Of a stretch of 57,449 nucleotides of DNA, positions 25,810 through 35,948 are shown one piece after another; within the stretch, counting starts at the first letter, position 1, and the number at the start of each line of letters is the position of its first letter. The stretch is taken from NCBI GenBank assembly GCA_041664445.1, contig JBAYKT010000008.1, positions 1 through 57,449 of the forward strand, read 5' to 3'. The stretch comes from Patescibacteria group bacterium (GTDB taxonomy: Bacteria > Patescibacteriota > Patescibacteriia > Patescibacteriales > UBA12465). A program made the position numbers and the translations under genes. Below the pieces are notes generated by a model that ran no database searches, was not told the origin of the DNA, and saw only the letters and a list, made by a program, of their open reading frames with translations.

Positions 25810-28278
25810 TTATGATTTAATTTCTGTACGCCTAGATATTTCAGCTTCCACTAAACGTGCGTTCTGGCCATATTTTAAGCGCGATAATGATCTAATTTTA
25901 TCTTTCATGCCCTCGCGCTTAACGCCAATAAGCGGCCAAACAGTATGCAGAGAAAACGGCCGCGCGGCGCTATTATCAATTAATAATTTAATACAAGCTG
26001 TTCCTTTGTCAACATTTATTAAATCATATTCATTGAAAACAGGAGCAAATTCTTTAACTAAAAATTCCGCATCTTCGGAGCCAATCTTAAAACTAACCAT
26101 CGTACCGACGTTGCCAAAGACCGCATCCTTAATTTCTGTATTGTTATTTTTAGATAACTGGCCGATATATTGATGCGCCACAATTAGATTAAGCGCATAT
26201 TTTCGCGCCTCGGACAAAATTTGGCAAATTGAATTAGTGGTAAAATTTTGAAACTCATCAATATAAAGATAAAAGTCTTTTCGGGCTTCGCTCGGCATAT
26301 CAGTACGCGATAAGGCGGCCATTAAAATTTTACCGACCACGATCATGCCCAATAAATAAGCGTTCATCTCGCCGACTGTTCCTTTTGGCAAGTCAATGAG
26401 TAATATTTTTTGTTTATCCATTACATCACGCAAATTAAAAGCGCTGTGCTGTTGGCCAATAATCGGCCGCATCATATCGTTGGAAATAAAAGAGGTTAAT
26501 TTGGAAGTGATATAAGGGACAATATTAGCCAAAGCTGCTTCACCGCCAGCCTTTTCCGCTTCATTAATCCAAAAATCGACGACTGTTTTATTGCGGCAAT
26601 TTTTAAGCTTCAGACGACGAAAATTTTCATCCGCTAAAACTTTAGGAATTTCCATTAAGGTTGAACCGGTTTCCGGATCGTCCATAATGAGCAACATAGC
26701 GTTACGCATATACTGTTCAAACATCGGTCCGCCAGTCGCCTTTAAATCATAAAGCTTATCAAAAATACCAATCATCTCGTTAATTACAAAACTTTTTTGT
26801 TCCGGATAACGCGGATCATATTCCAATAAATTAAGAGCTAGTGGCCGTTCCAAGTCGGATGGTGAGAAAATAATAACATCCTCAGCTCTCTCCGGCGGGA
26901 TTCTTTCCAAAATATCAGTAATTAAATCGCCGTGCGGATCAAGTACGCACACGCCTTCCCCGTTTTGAATATCTTGAATAGCCATGTTGGCTAACAAAAC
27001 TGATTTACCGACACCGGATTTACCGATAATATAAGTATGGCGTCTGCGGTCGGCGCGTTTGATTCTAATATCTTTTTTAACACCGCGATAAAGATTACTT
27101 CCCAAAGAAATTCCCTCCTCAGGCACGTTGGCTGGCGCCGGCGCCGATTTGGCGGTTAACCACAAAATATTTGGTGTTTCGGTGGTGCTCAGCGGAAAAT
27201 GGAAAATACTAGCCAGTTCTTCGCTATTTAATAAAAAACTAATATTTTCTCGGAAATGGCGATAGATAAAATCTTTAACAATTCGATCTTGATTATTTTT
27301 ACGAGCGCGGGAAAAAGAATTGCCATAACTAAAGTTGTTATACTCCGCAAAAGCACTGGCAATATTTTCTAAATAAAGATTGGCTCTTTCTTTAGTCTTA
27401 GCAAAACTTAAAACCCGGATATTAACATCCAAGCCGGCTTTTAAATTTTTTTCTTCCATGGTTTTAACCATTTCCTCTTCAACAGCACTCAATCGTTTAA
27501 GCGGTTTCCCTTGAGCATTCATGCCGGAGGGGCCGTCATTTTTAAAATTAACATGGAACAGGGCGCGTATCGGATTACTATACTTGAGTCCCAGGGCAAC
27601 GGAATTTTTACGGTGAATCATAAAGACCACCTTACGAACTTTGGCGTGCCAAGATCTTTTAGCGCTTCGAACTAAATATTGAATCGCTAAATTTTCGCCC
27701 TTTTCCAGCTTGGACAAAACATTAATCAAGGAATTCATGGGGTCAATGTCCATTTTTTGGTAAGTCTTGAGTGGGAAAATAAAACTTTTAGTTGTTCTTA
27801 AATAAGCAGCCGCAACCGCCCCGTTTAGTCCGAAAGAATTATAGTCCTCAACTTGTTCAATCACCGCGGCCGGATAATGGGCTTGGATTTGTTGTTCCAA
27901 ATAGCGAACATCGTCTTGCGGAGAGGCAAAATAAAAAGTAATGTGTTTGGAATCGGCCACTATTTCAAAAGAAATGTGATCATCGCGACCAAAAAGCCAG
28001 GACTTAAAACTTTTCTGGGCGCTCATGCCGCCAATAGAAGCAAAAATTGTTTCCCCTTTGGCAATTTCCTCCTTCAAACTTTGAACTGATTGAGTTTTAT
28101 CTTCTTCATTTGGTTTTTCTTTCGGCAGTCTAACCGAAAAAACATGATGGGAGGTATATTTACGTGAAGAAAAAACCAAACGTAAAACATTAAGAATTAC
28201 AAATACAAGAAGGACCGTTAAAGAAACGGTTAGCAAGATTGGCATGACTAAACTAAAACTTGTAACATTGAAATCCAT
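25810..28278 (-). CDS. Membrane-anchored HerA/FtsK/TraD-superfamily ATPase (type IV coupling-like)
   Basis: N-terminal TM; Walker A GKSGVGKS; DPHGDL; Walker B LYIDEFQ; EARKY; AHQY. Confidence 0.8.
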   Translation of the reverse strand: MDFNVTSFSLVMPILLTVSLTVLLVFVILNVLRLVFSSRKYTSHHVFSVRLPKEKPNEEDKTQSVQSLKEEIAKGETIFASIGGMSAQKSFKSWLFGRDDHISFEIVADSKHITFYFASPQDDVRYLEQQIQAHYPAAVIEQVEDYNSFGLNGAVAAAYLRTTKSFIFPLKTYQKMDIDPMNSLINVLSKLEKGENLAIQYLVRSAKRSWHAKVRKVVFMIHRKNSVALGLKYSNPIRALFHVNFKNDGPSGMNAQGKPLKRLSAVEEEMVKTMEEKNLKAGLDVNIRVLSFAKTKERANLYLENIASAFAEYNNFSYGNSFSRARKNNQDRIVKDFIYRHFRENISFLLNSEELASIFHFPLSTTETPNILWLTAKSAPAPANVPEEGISLGSNLYRGVKKDIRIKRADRRRHTYIIGKSGVGKSVLLANMAIQDIQNGEGVCVLDPHGDLITDILERIPPERAEDVIIFSPSDLERPLALNLLEYDPRYPEQKSFVINEMIGIFDKLYDLKATGGPMFEQYMRNAMLLIMDDPETGSTLMEIPKVLADENFRRLKLKNCRNKTVVDFWINEAEKAGGEAALANIVPYITSKLTSFISNDMMRPIIGQQHSAFNLRDVMDKQKILLIDLPKGTVGEMNAYLLGMIVVGKILMAALSRTDMPSEARKDFYLYIDEFQNFTTNSICQILSEARKYALNLIVAHQYIGQLSKNNNTEIKDAVFGNVGTMVSFKIGSEDAEFLVKEFAPVFNEYDLINVDKGTACIKLLIDNSAARPFSLHTVWPLIGVKREGMKDKIRSLSRLKYGQNARLVEAEISRRTEIKS

Positions 28279-28285
28279 AGATACT

Positions 28286-28780
28286 TTATTTTAGGCGCAT
28301 TATTTTGTCAGCTTTTATTTTTGCTTCTTGTTCCAAGAAAAATTTATTAACCCCGGGAATAATCTTGAGCCACTTTTTAATAAGTTCGATTATTTTACTG
28401 ATTTTAACTTTTCCCTTGTCCAACATAGCGACAATTTTAATGGTCGTTTCTTCGCCCACACGCTTAAACTCTTTTTGTTCCTGCGGATTCATTTTCAAAA
28501 AAACATCATGCAAGCCAGCAGAAAGAATGTTATCAATTTCTTGGGCGCGTTGATTATGGAAAGAAAGCGCCTGGCCGCCAACTGGCGGTAGATTGGAGCT
28601 GATTTTTTCGGTAGTCACAGCCGCCTTAGATTCCAAGCTTTTTTCCGATTCCACACCCTTTTCCTGAGAAGATTCAAAACGCTGCTCTAAAGACGGCAGC
28701 GCTTCCGGCTGTTTATTAGCAATTGGTTTTTCCGGCAGTTTATCCAAATCAATTTTACCGGCGATATTTTCGGTCGCCAT
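28286..28780 (-). CDS. Conserved-looking hypothetical protein upstream of the ATPase
   Basis: Intact ORF, 7 nt from ATPase start; C-terminal IPGVNKFFLEQEAKIKADKI. Confidence 0.6.
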   Translation of the reverse strand: MATENIAGKIDLDKLPEKPIANKQPEALPSLEQRFESSQEKGVESEKSLESKAAVTTEKISSNLPPVGGQALSFHNQRAQEIDNILSAGLHDVFLKMNPQEQKEFKRVGEETTIKIVAMLDKGKVKISKIIELIKKWLKIIPGVNKFFLEQEAKIKADKIMRLK

Positions 28781-28790
28781 ATATTTATAA

Positions 28791-28961
28791 TTAAAGCGTT
28801 ATCGCTTCTACGGGGCAATTTTCCGCCGCATTCTTAGCGCAATCAGTAACCGCGTCATTTAAAACTTCACTTTTACCATCGGCGTTCATCTGAAAAGTTT
28901 CTGGGCATAAACCCGCGCACATCCCACAGCCGATACACTTGTTTTCGTCAACTTTTACCAT
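28791..28961 (-). CDS. Ferredoxin, single 4Fe-4S cluster (56 aa, not in ORF track)
   Basis: CIGCGMCAGLCP...CPVEAI. Confidence 0.9.
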   Translation of the reverse strand: MVKVDENKCIGCGMCAGLCPETFQMNADGKSEVLNDAVTDCAKNAAENCPVEAITL

Positions 28962-29064
28962 AAAATTAATAATTATTTTTTAATTATTTTATGTTCCTAT
29001 TATAGCATATTATAAAAAAATTAAAACCACTTTTATCGCTAAAATATAGCCAAATAAACGACAT

Positions 29065-29093
29065 TTGACAATTTAAGAAGCTTTTGTTATATT
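29065..29093 (+). promoter_or_regulatory. rpmA promoter
   Basis: TTGACA-17-TATATT with extended TG. Confidence 0.7.
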
Positions 29094-29168
29094 AAGTAAA
29101 TAAAACCTAAGCTAATCACAAAAATACGAGCCTTAAGGCCAGCGTATTTTTTATGAAAAAACACAAAT

Positions 29169-29579
29169 ATGGCACATAAGAAAGCCGCCGGCTCAACCTC
29201 TCTTGGACGCGAATCAGAGAGTAAGCGTCTTGGCGTAAAACTAACAGATGGCGAATGGGCAAAAACCGGCTCAATCATTATCAGACAACGTGGAACTAAA
29301 TATCATCCTGGCGTTAATGTCAAAAAAGGCAATGATGATACTTTATTTGCCATGCAGTCTGGCTTTGTTAAATTCTCCACTAAAAAATTAAAGAAATTTG
29401 ACGGTAATTTAAAAACTACCAAGATTGTCGGTGTCTATCCGATGACTGAAGCCAAGCGCGCCGAATTAAAGAAGTTTGCCGAAGCTGCCTTAGAAAGAAA
29501 AAAGAAATCAGCCGTTAAAAATGCAGCTAAAAATAAACCCGCTAAAAAGACCACTAAAAAGAAGACTAGCAAAAAATAA
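29169..29579 (+). CDS. rpmA: 50S ribosomal protein L27 with Lys/Ala-rich C-terminal extension
   Basis: [16 protein letters not shown]; [13 protein letters not shown]; GNDDTLFA. Confidence 0.95.
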   Translation: MAHKKAAGSTSLGRESESKRLGVKLTDGEWAKTGSIIIRQRGTKYHPGVNVKKGNDDTLFAMQSGFVKFSTKKLKKFDGNLKTTKIVGVYPMTEAKRAELKKFAEAALERKKKSAVKNAAKNKPAKKTTKKKTSKK

Positions 29580-29595
29580 ATAATTCCGATATACC

Positions 29596-29624
29596 AAAAA
29601 GTCATCCCAAAAGGATGACTTTTT
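29596..29624 (+). terminator. Intrinsic terminator
   Basis: GTCATCC/GGATGAC plus T-run. Confidence 0.75.
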
Positions 29625-29706
29625 ATGTTTCCAAAATTAATTGACACGAAATATCTTTTATATTAAAATACAAAGATTTTTGAACATTAACATAAAAACC
29701 ATCATC

Positions 29707-30339
29707 ATGAAAAAAATCGTACTTTTTTGTTTATTTTTAGCTGCAACGTTAGCAGCTAAGACTATTTTTGCTTCCGAACGCTTTCAACAGTCATTCCGTG
29801 ACACTTGGACGGGAGAGATTATTAAAGTAAGCCCCGAAATATCTTATGATATTTATGAAACTGCGCAGAAAGCCTTAAAGGACCCTGGTGCTCCAGCCTG
29901 GACAAAAGACAGTGTCTATTCTATGCAATGGAACCCTCTGAAGCCATTTACTATGATAAAGGGGCATGTACGAAGCGGAATTATTTATAATAAAAACGCG
30001 TCAATCTTGGAGCCGACAAAAATGGACTTCCCAAAAGACAAACAAAAATCAATTTTTATTCTTTCTCCATTTTTATTGATTATCTGTTCTCTTTTTTATT
30101 ATTTTAGAAGAGAAATAGTTTGGATGTTCATATCTATGATTTTTTGGGCAGTGGCTTTAGATATTGCATTTGACGTCTTTAAAAACTCTACCTTTTTTGC
30201 GATGTCTGCAATTAGCTCAATTATTCCCCTGGTCTTAATCGCAGTGACTAAACCAAAAAGCTTAATTGCAAAAATAAATTTTACAACTTTTCTGCTAATC
30301 ATGGCTTGCGAAATTACTTTTCTGATTTTTGGCATCTAA
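29707..30339 (+). CDS. Hypothetical membrane protein (signal peptide, soluble domain, about 4 C-terminal TM)
   Basis: Start moved to MKKIVLF after promoter TTGACA-17-TAAAAT at 29641-29669. Confidence 0.6.
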   Translation: MKKIVLFCLFLAATLAAKTIFASERFQQSFRDTWTGEIIKVSPEISYDIYETAQKALKDPGAPAWTKDSVYSMQWNPLKPFTMIKGHVRSGIIYNKNASILEPTKMDFPKDKQKSIFILSPFLLIICSLFYYFRREIVWMFISMIFWAVALDIAFDVFKNSTFFAMSAISSIIPLVLIAVTKPKSLIAKINFTTFLLIMACEITFLIFGI

Positions 30340-30361
30340 ATTAAAAAACCACAAAAAACAC

Positions 30362-30393
30362 AAAACCCCGTTTCAATTGAAGCGGGGATTTTT
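30362..30393. terminator. Bidirectional terminator
   Basis: CCCCG/CGGGG stem with A and T runs between convergent genes. Confidence 0.65.
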
Positions 30394-30417
30394 ATTTTCT
30401 AAAATTGCTTAAATTTT

Positions 30418-32094
30418 CTATCTCTTTCCCTTACAAGTCTTGATAAATTCCACGAATAAAGGATGCGGGGCTAAGGGCCGAGAAATGTATTCCGGGTGGA
30501 ATTGAACACCGACGAAGAACGGATGATTTTTAATTTCAATCGCTTCCACAATCGTTCCATCCGGCGAAGTCCCGGCGACAATTAATCCCAGCTCGGCAAA
30601 ACGGCTGCGATAATCATTATTAAATTCATAGCGGTGGCGATGACGTTCAGAAACGGTTTTCTTATCAGTAAACTTAGTATAAGCTTTTTCTAATTTTGTC
30701 CCAGCCTGCAATTTACAAGGCCAACCACCTAAACGGATAGTGCCGCCATAGCCCTTTTCTTTAATAAGCTTCTCTTGACCGGGCATGATATGGATAACTG
30801 GGTCTGGAGTTTTAGGATTTACTTCAGCCGAATTAGCTTCTTTCAAACCGGCGACATTGCGGGCAAATTCAATCACGGCCATTTGCATGCCATAACATAA
30901 GCCAAAATATGGCACTCCTTTTTCGCGGCAATATTTAATGGCTTCAATCTTACCCTCGGCTCCACGTCCGCCCCAGCCCTGAGGAATAATTAAGCCATCC
31001 AAGCCTTTAAAGGCCTTGGCTCCTTGTTTTTCAACGTCCTCAGCTCCGAGCCAATGAGTTTTAACTTTACATTTATTAAAGGCGGCGGCGTGTTTAATGG
31101 CCTCAATTACTGAAATATAGGAATCACCGAGCGAAAAATCACCGCTCGCAAAATACTTCCCGACAATGCCAATATTTACTTCCGGGGTCTTGATTTTTGT
31201 AGCCTGAACCATTTTCTGCCACTCTTCGTTATTACTTTTCTTTTTTGGTAAATTAAACTTTTCTAAAATACGTTCACTGAGGTTGTCTTTTTCAAAATTA
31301 AGCGGAATATCATAAATTGAATCGGCGTCCGGAGCCGCAATCACGCTCTCTAGAGCAACATTGCAGTTAATCGAAAGTTTTTCGCGACGTGCCTGGTCTA
31401 TCATGCGTTCGCTGCGGGCCACTAAGAAATCCGGTTGAATGCCGGCACTTTGCAAATTGCGAACAGCATGTTGAGTCGGCTTGGTTTTCATTTCCCCAAT
31501 TTTGTTCGGAATCGGCAGATAAGAAACCATTACAAATAAAACGTCTTTGGGTTTATATAATTTCATAACCCGCGCTGCTTCTAAAAATAACAGATTTTCA
31601 TATTCACCGACTGTGCCGCCAATTTCAATAATCATAATCTCGGCCCCGGTTTTTTGAACGGCGCGTTCAATTCGATCTCTTATTTCCATTGGAATATGAG
31701 GAACTACTTGAACACACTTCCCTTTATACTCCAGATTTCTTTCCCGAGCGATGACCGTTTGATAAACACGACCGGTAGTCATGTAATTTTCTTTATAAAT
31801 ATTTTTATTCAGGAAGCGTTCATAATTGCCAATATCCTGGTCGGTTTCATCGCCATCTTCGGTTACAAAAACTTCGCCATGCTCAATCGGATTCATAGTC
31901 CCGGCATCCACATTAATGTAGGGGTCCATTTTGATAGCACTCACATTATAGCCGCGAGCTTGTAAAATTTGGCCGATGGAAGCGGTGGTTACTCCTTTTC
32001 CGACTCCGGACATCACCCCGCCGACCACAAAAATATATTTAGGGTCAGGGTTTGAGTTTTTATTTTTTTTAGTTTTTACTGGCAATTTTGACAT
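30418..32094 (-). CDS. pyrG: CTP synthase
   Basis: GGVMSGVGKG; KMDPYINVD; KTKPTQH; GLCYGMQ; RHRHRYE; QFHPE; start moved to MSKLPVK. Confidence 0.95.
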   Translation of the reverse strand: MSKLPVKTKKNKNSNPDPKYIFVVGGVMSGVGKGVTTASIGQILQARGYNVSAIKMDPYINVDAGTMNPIEHGEVFVTEDGDETDQDIGNYERFLNKNIYKENYMTTGRVYQTVIARERNLEYKGKCVQVVPHIPMEIRDRIERAVQKTGAEIMIIEIGGTVGEYENLLFLEAARVMKLYKPKDVLFVMVSYLPIPNKIGEMKTKPTQHAVRNLQSAGIQPDFLVARSERMIDQARREKLSINCNVALESVIAAPDADSIYDIPLNFEKDNLSERILEKFNLPKKKSNNEEWQKMVQATKIKTPEVNIGIVGKYFASGDFSLGDSYISVIEAIKHAAAFNKCKVKTHWLGAEDVEKQGAKAFKGLDGLIIPQGWGGRGAEGKIEAIKYCREKGVPYFGLCYGMQMAVIEFARNVAGLKEANSAEVNPKTPDPVIHIMPGQEKLIKEKGYGGTIRLGGWPCKLQAGTKLEKAYTKFTDKKTVSERHRHRYEFNNDYRSRFAELGLIVAGTSPDGTIVEAIEIKNHPFFVGVQFHPEYISRPLAPHPLFVEFIKTCKGKR

Positions 32095-32141
32095 AATAAG
32101 ATATTTTAAAATAGGCGACAAGAAACCTCATCGCCTACAAG

Positions 32142-33377
32142 TTATTTTTTCTTAGGAATTATTAATTCAATCGCTTTCTGCATCTGAGGGTCTAAATCCT
32201 TATTAACATCATTTTCAGTCAATTCAATTTTTATTTCCGGCTCTATGCCTTTGTCATTAATAGAGTCTCCAGCCGGAGTCAGCCATTTAGCTACCGTCAC
32301 CTTCAAAGAAGAGCCGTCGCTTAAATCTTTAATAGTTTGGACCGAGCCTTTACCAAAACTTGTTTCTCCAACTAAAGTGGCCTTCTTATAGTCTCTCAAG
32401 GCGCCAGCGACAATTTCTGAGGCCGAAGCACTTCCCTGATTTATCAAAACTACAGTTTTAAAATTCTTAAGCTTGGCGCTGCCGTTAGAAAAATGTTCTT
32501 CACGCTTGTTTTCTCCAAATTGTTCCGCGACCACCGGTCCTTCTGCAACCCATTCACTAGCCATATTAACGGCCGCCTCTAAATAACCTCCCGGATTATT
32601 ACGTAAATCCAAGATTAGGCCTTTAGGTTGCTTGGCAACAATTTCCGCCACCGCTTTTTTTAGTAAATCATCGGTGTCATTATTAAAACTGCTAACCTTA
32701 ATTACATAAATGCCATCTTTACGCATCTCAGTTTTAATACTAGCCACAAAAATTTGGTCACGCGTAATTTTAATATCCGCTGGTTTGCTCTCCCCTCTGA
32801 TAATAGTTAAAGTAACTTCAGTTCCTTTAGGGCCTCTGATTTTTTTAACGGCATCATTAACAGTTAAGCCGATAGCTGATTCCCCGTTAATAGCGTAGAT
32901 TTTATCACCGGAACGTAAACCAGCTTTTTGAGCGGGCATGCCGTCCAGGGGCGCAATTACGGTAATGACATCATTTCTCATGCCGATTTCAGCACCAATT
33001 CCTTCAAAGGTTCCTGATAAATCTCCATAGAACTCTTGAGTAGTGTCAGGATCCATAAAAACGGTGTAAGAGTCCTTGGTGGCTGCGGCCAAGCCCTCCA
33101 AAGAACCGTAGAATAAATCTTTATCAGATATCTGGTTCTTATCAACATGATTACTTTTTAGCGTATTCCAAACTTCAAAGTATAAGTTAAAATCAAAGCT
33201 ATCTTCTTGACCGCCGTTAACTATATTTTTAGCGTCTTCGGAATAAGCAATGCCGGTTTTTTTTATTTTATTTTGATTATCGCCGAAATATAGGCCAGCG
33301 GAAAAAATTCCGAACGTGACTACCAAAAAAAATGCGGCACTAATGATTTGCTGACGAGTATATTTCATTTGCATCAT
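32142..33377 (-). CDS. S41 family C-terminal processing peptidase (PDZ)
   Basis: FEGIGAEI PDZ; LDLRNNPGG; SASASEIVAGAL; FGKGSVQ. Confidence 0.9.
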   Translation of the reverse strand: MMQMKYTRQQIISAAFFLVVTFGIFSAGLYFGDNQNKIKKTGIAYSEDAKNIVNGGQEDSFDFNLYFEVWNTLKSNHVDKNQISDKDLFYGSLEGLAAATKDSYTVFMDPDTTQEFYGDLSGTFEGIGAEIGMRNDVITVIAPLDGMPAQKAGLRSGDKIYAINGESAIGLTVNDAVKKIRGPKGTEVTLTIIRGESKPADIKITRDQIFVASIKTEMRKDGIYVIKVSSFNNDTDDLLKKAVAEIVAKQPKGLILDLRNNPGGYLEAAVNMASEWVAEGPVVAEQFGENKREEHFSNGSAKLKNFKTVVLINQGSASASEIVAGALRDYKKATLVGETSFGKGSVQTIKDLSDGSSLKVTVAKWLTPAGDSINDKGIEPEIKIELTENDVNKDLDPQMQKAIELIIPKKK

Positions 33378-33378
33378 A

Positions 33379-33981
33379 TTATTTTCTAATTATTTTTAAA
33401 TTCCCGCCTCGTAAATCAACTAAGCGCGAGGGCTTTTTTTTCTTAGCTAAACCGGTGTTTACTATTAAATCTGGTTTATTTTTTCCGGAAAAAATATCAT
33501 CTAATTTATCAACCGCGATTAACGGCGCTTCACCACTTAAATTTAAGCTGGTAGAAATGATGGGGAGATTAGCTTTCTTTATTATTTTAATTAAAAAATC
33601 AGATTTAGGCAAACGACAAGAAAGCCCGCCGGAATCACTGATAATTTCTGCCGGTAAATTATTTTTAGCTCTTAAAATTACGGTCGTGGGCGGCGCCTCC
33701 TGAGACCAAAGCTTCTTTAAAAGTTCCGCCTCCGGTCTTGCTAACTGGACGTAACGCTTAGCCATCGCGACGCTGGAAACCAGGGTTATTAAAGGTTTAT
33801 GTGCTTCCCTTTTTTTCAGTTTAAATATTTTTTTAATTGCCTCCGCATCAGTCGCCAGGCAGCTTAAACCATAAATAGTATCAGTCGGCAAAATTAAAAC
33901 TTTGCCAGCATGAAGATAAACGGAAATCAAATCAAAATCCGAGGGCTTAAAATCAGCCAATTTTTTTTCTAATTTTATCAT
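33379..33981 (-). CDS. tsaC: Threonylcarbamoyl-AMP synthase (YrdC/Sua5)
   Basis: LPTDTIYGLSC; FKLKKR; ISTSLNLSG. Confidence 0.85.
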   Translation of the reverse strand: MIKLEKKLADFKPSDFDLISVYLHAGKVLILPTDTIYGLSCLATDAEAIKKIFKLKKREAHKPLITLVSSVAMAKRYVQLARPEAELLKKLWSQEAPPTTVILRAKNNLPAEIISDSGGLSCRLPKSDFLIKIIKKANLPIISTSLNLSGEAPLIAVDKLDDIFSGKNKPDLIVNTGLAKKKKPSRLVDLRGGNLKIIRK

Positions 33982-33988
33982 GCTCCTT

Positions 33989-34504
33989 TTAAATAATTGA
34001 TTTAAGCGCCTTTAAGGCTTCCGGTAAAACCGGTAGGATAATGTCCACGACTTTCAGCAACCACGGCGCGATTACGGATTTAGCTAAATTATCGCCCAAT
34101 AAATTACCGATGATTGCATAGCGAGAAGCCACAAAAACTAGCAAGCCTAAAAACAAAGAGCCCTCCAGCAAACCAAGTAAGGCTCCTAGAATATTGTTGA
34201 GGTAGCGGCTTCCAGGAATGATTGCCAGTAAATTAAAAACTTTTTCAATTAAAAAGAAAATCAGGTTAGTCAAACTGCTGGCCACAATAAACAAAATAAT
34301 AAAGGCGGCAATTTTGCCTCCCGCCTCATGATTAGCGACGAGCGAATGTCCCCATTCAAAAAAGGTTAAATAAAAATGACTGGCAACATAAGCGCCGATA
34401 ATTAAACCAATAATTCTGCCTACCGAGCGAATTAAGCCTTTTTTTAAACCGCTAAATACAAAGGTTGCTAAAATAACGGCTAAGACGATGTCAAAAATTA
34501 TCAT
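33989..34504 (-). CDS. cvpA: CvpA family membrane protein
   Basis: FDIVLAVIL..GLKKGLI; YLNNILGALLGLLEG; four TM. Confidence 0.8.
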   Translation of the reverse strand: MIIFDIVLAVILATFVFSGLKKGLIRSVGRIIGLIIGAYVASHFYLTFFEWGHSLVANHEAGGKIAAFIILFIVASSLTNLIFFLIEKVFNLLAIIPGSRYLNNILGALLGLLEGSLFLGLLVFVASRYAIIGNLLGDNLAKSVIAPWLLKVVDIILPVLPEALKALKSII

Positions 34505-34508
34505 ATTT

Positions 34509-35948
34509 TTAAGTTAACCTCGGAAACAAAGCTGTTCCCTTAGTAATTTGCGAAGTTAAAAATTGCTTTTGAATTTTTTGCGCGGCCTCCGGAATAAACG
34601 GTTCCAACAAATAAGCGAGGTTTAAAATTGTTTGCGCCAGCGGCTTCAGGGATTTAGCGATTTCTTGAATATCGGTCATCTTCCAAGGAGTCTCTCGGCT
34701 TAAAGTTTCGTCGCTCGCTTTAATTTTTTCCCAAATTACTTGCAAGGCCTCATTAAATCTATAAGCATTCATTGCCTCCTTAAAAGCCCCGACTGTTTTT
34801 TGGATGTCTGAATCTTCAAGTTCAACTTTTAAATCCGTCTTGATGGCATTTTTTTCCAACAAATTGGAAACGCGAGCCGCCAAATTTCCTAAACCATTAG
34901 CTAAATCGGCATTATAACGGGTACGGAACTTTTCTTCCGAATAATCGCCATCTTCAAACGGCGACATTTCCGCGAGCAAATAATAACGCACGGCATCGCT
35001 GCCATACTGAGCAGACAATTCAAAGGGATCAACCGAATTGCCGGCACTCTTACTAATTTTAGCGCCGTTAATTGTTAAAAAACCAAAAACTAAAACTTGA
35101 GTAGAGTTGGCTAAACCGGCCGACATCAACATCGCCTGCCACATGGCCGCTTGCGGACGCAAATTATCCTTGCCGCAAACTTGTAGGCCTGGCCATAATT
35201 CATTGAAATTAGCCTCATTTTCCGGCCACCCAAGCGTGGAAATATAATTAACTAAAGCGTCAAACCAGACATACATTACCTGGCTATCATCTCCAGGAAC
35301 GGGCACGCCGTGAGGCATTTTTTCTTTCTGGCGAGAAATACTGAAATCCTGCAAACCGGAACCAACAAAAGCCTCAATCTCTTTTAAGCGGCTAGCCGGT
35401 AAAACAAAGTGGGGGTTATTTTTATAAAGCGTGAGCAACTTATCTTGATATTTGGAAAATTTAAAAAAATAATTTTCTTCATCAATAATTTCCAAATCCA
35501 TGCCAGCATGCAAAGGACAGCGTCCATTTTCCAATTCTGAATCTGTTTTTTCCATTTCACAGCCAATACAATATTTTACTTGATAATTTTTCTTATAAAT
35601 ATCGCTATTTTTTTCACAGCGTCGCCAAAATTCTTGAGCCGCCGCGATATGATGTTCATCGGTAGTGCGAATAAATTTATCATAACTCAAATTCAAAGCT
35701 TCTTTTAAGGGCCTGAATTTAGCTGAATACAAATCGCAATATTCCTGAACCGGCATCTCCATTGCTTTAGCCTTCATAAATATTTTCAAACCATGTTCAT
35801 CGGTGCCGGTATTGAAAAATACCTCGTCGCCTAACTGGCGTCGATAACGGGCGACGACATCGGCCTTGATAATTTCCGCCGCAAAACCAATATGCGGCTC
35901 GGAATTAATATAAGGCAAGGTAGTAGTAATATAAAATTTTTTATTCAT
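34509..35948 (-). CDS. metG: Methionine--tRNA ligase (short form)
   Basis: YITTTLPYIN..PHIG; TGTDEHG; YVWFDAL; KISKS. Confidence 0.95.
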   Translation of the reverse strand: MNKKFYITTTLPYINSEPHIGFAAEIIKADVVARYRRQLGDEVFFNTGTDEHGLKIFMKAKAMEMPVQEYCDLYSAKFRPLKEALNLSYDKFIRTTDEHHIAAAQEFWRRCEKNSDIYKKNYQVKYCIGCEMEKTDSELENGRCPLHAGMDLEIIDEENYFFKFSKYQDKLLTLYKNNPHFVLPASRLKEIEAFVGSGLQDFSISRQKEKMPHGVPVPGDDSQVMYVWFDALVNYISTLGWPENEANFNELWPGLQVCGKDNLRPQAAMWQAMLMSAGLANSTQVLVFGFLTINGAKISKSAGNSVDPFELSAQYGSDAVRYYLLAEMSPFEDGDYSEEKFRTRYNADLANGLGNLAARVSNLLEKNAIKTDLKVELEDSDIQKTVGAFKEAMNAYRFNEALQVIWEKIKASDETLSRETPWKMTDIQEIAKSLKPLAQTILNLAYLLEPFIPEAAQKIQKQFLTSQITKGTALFPRLT

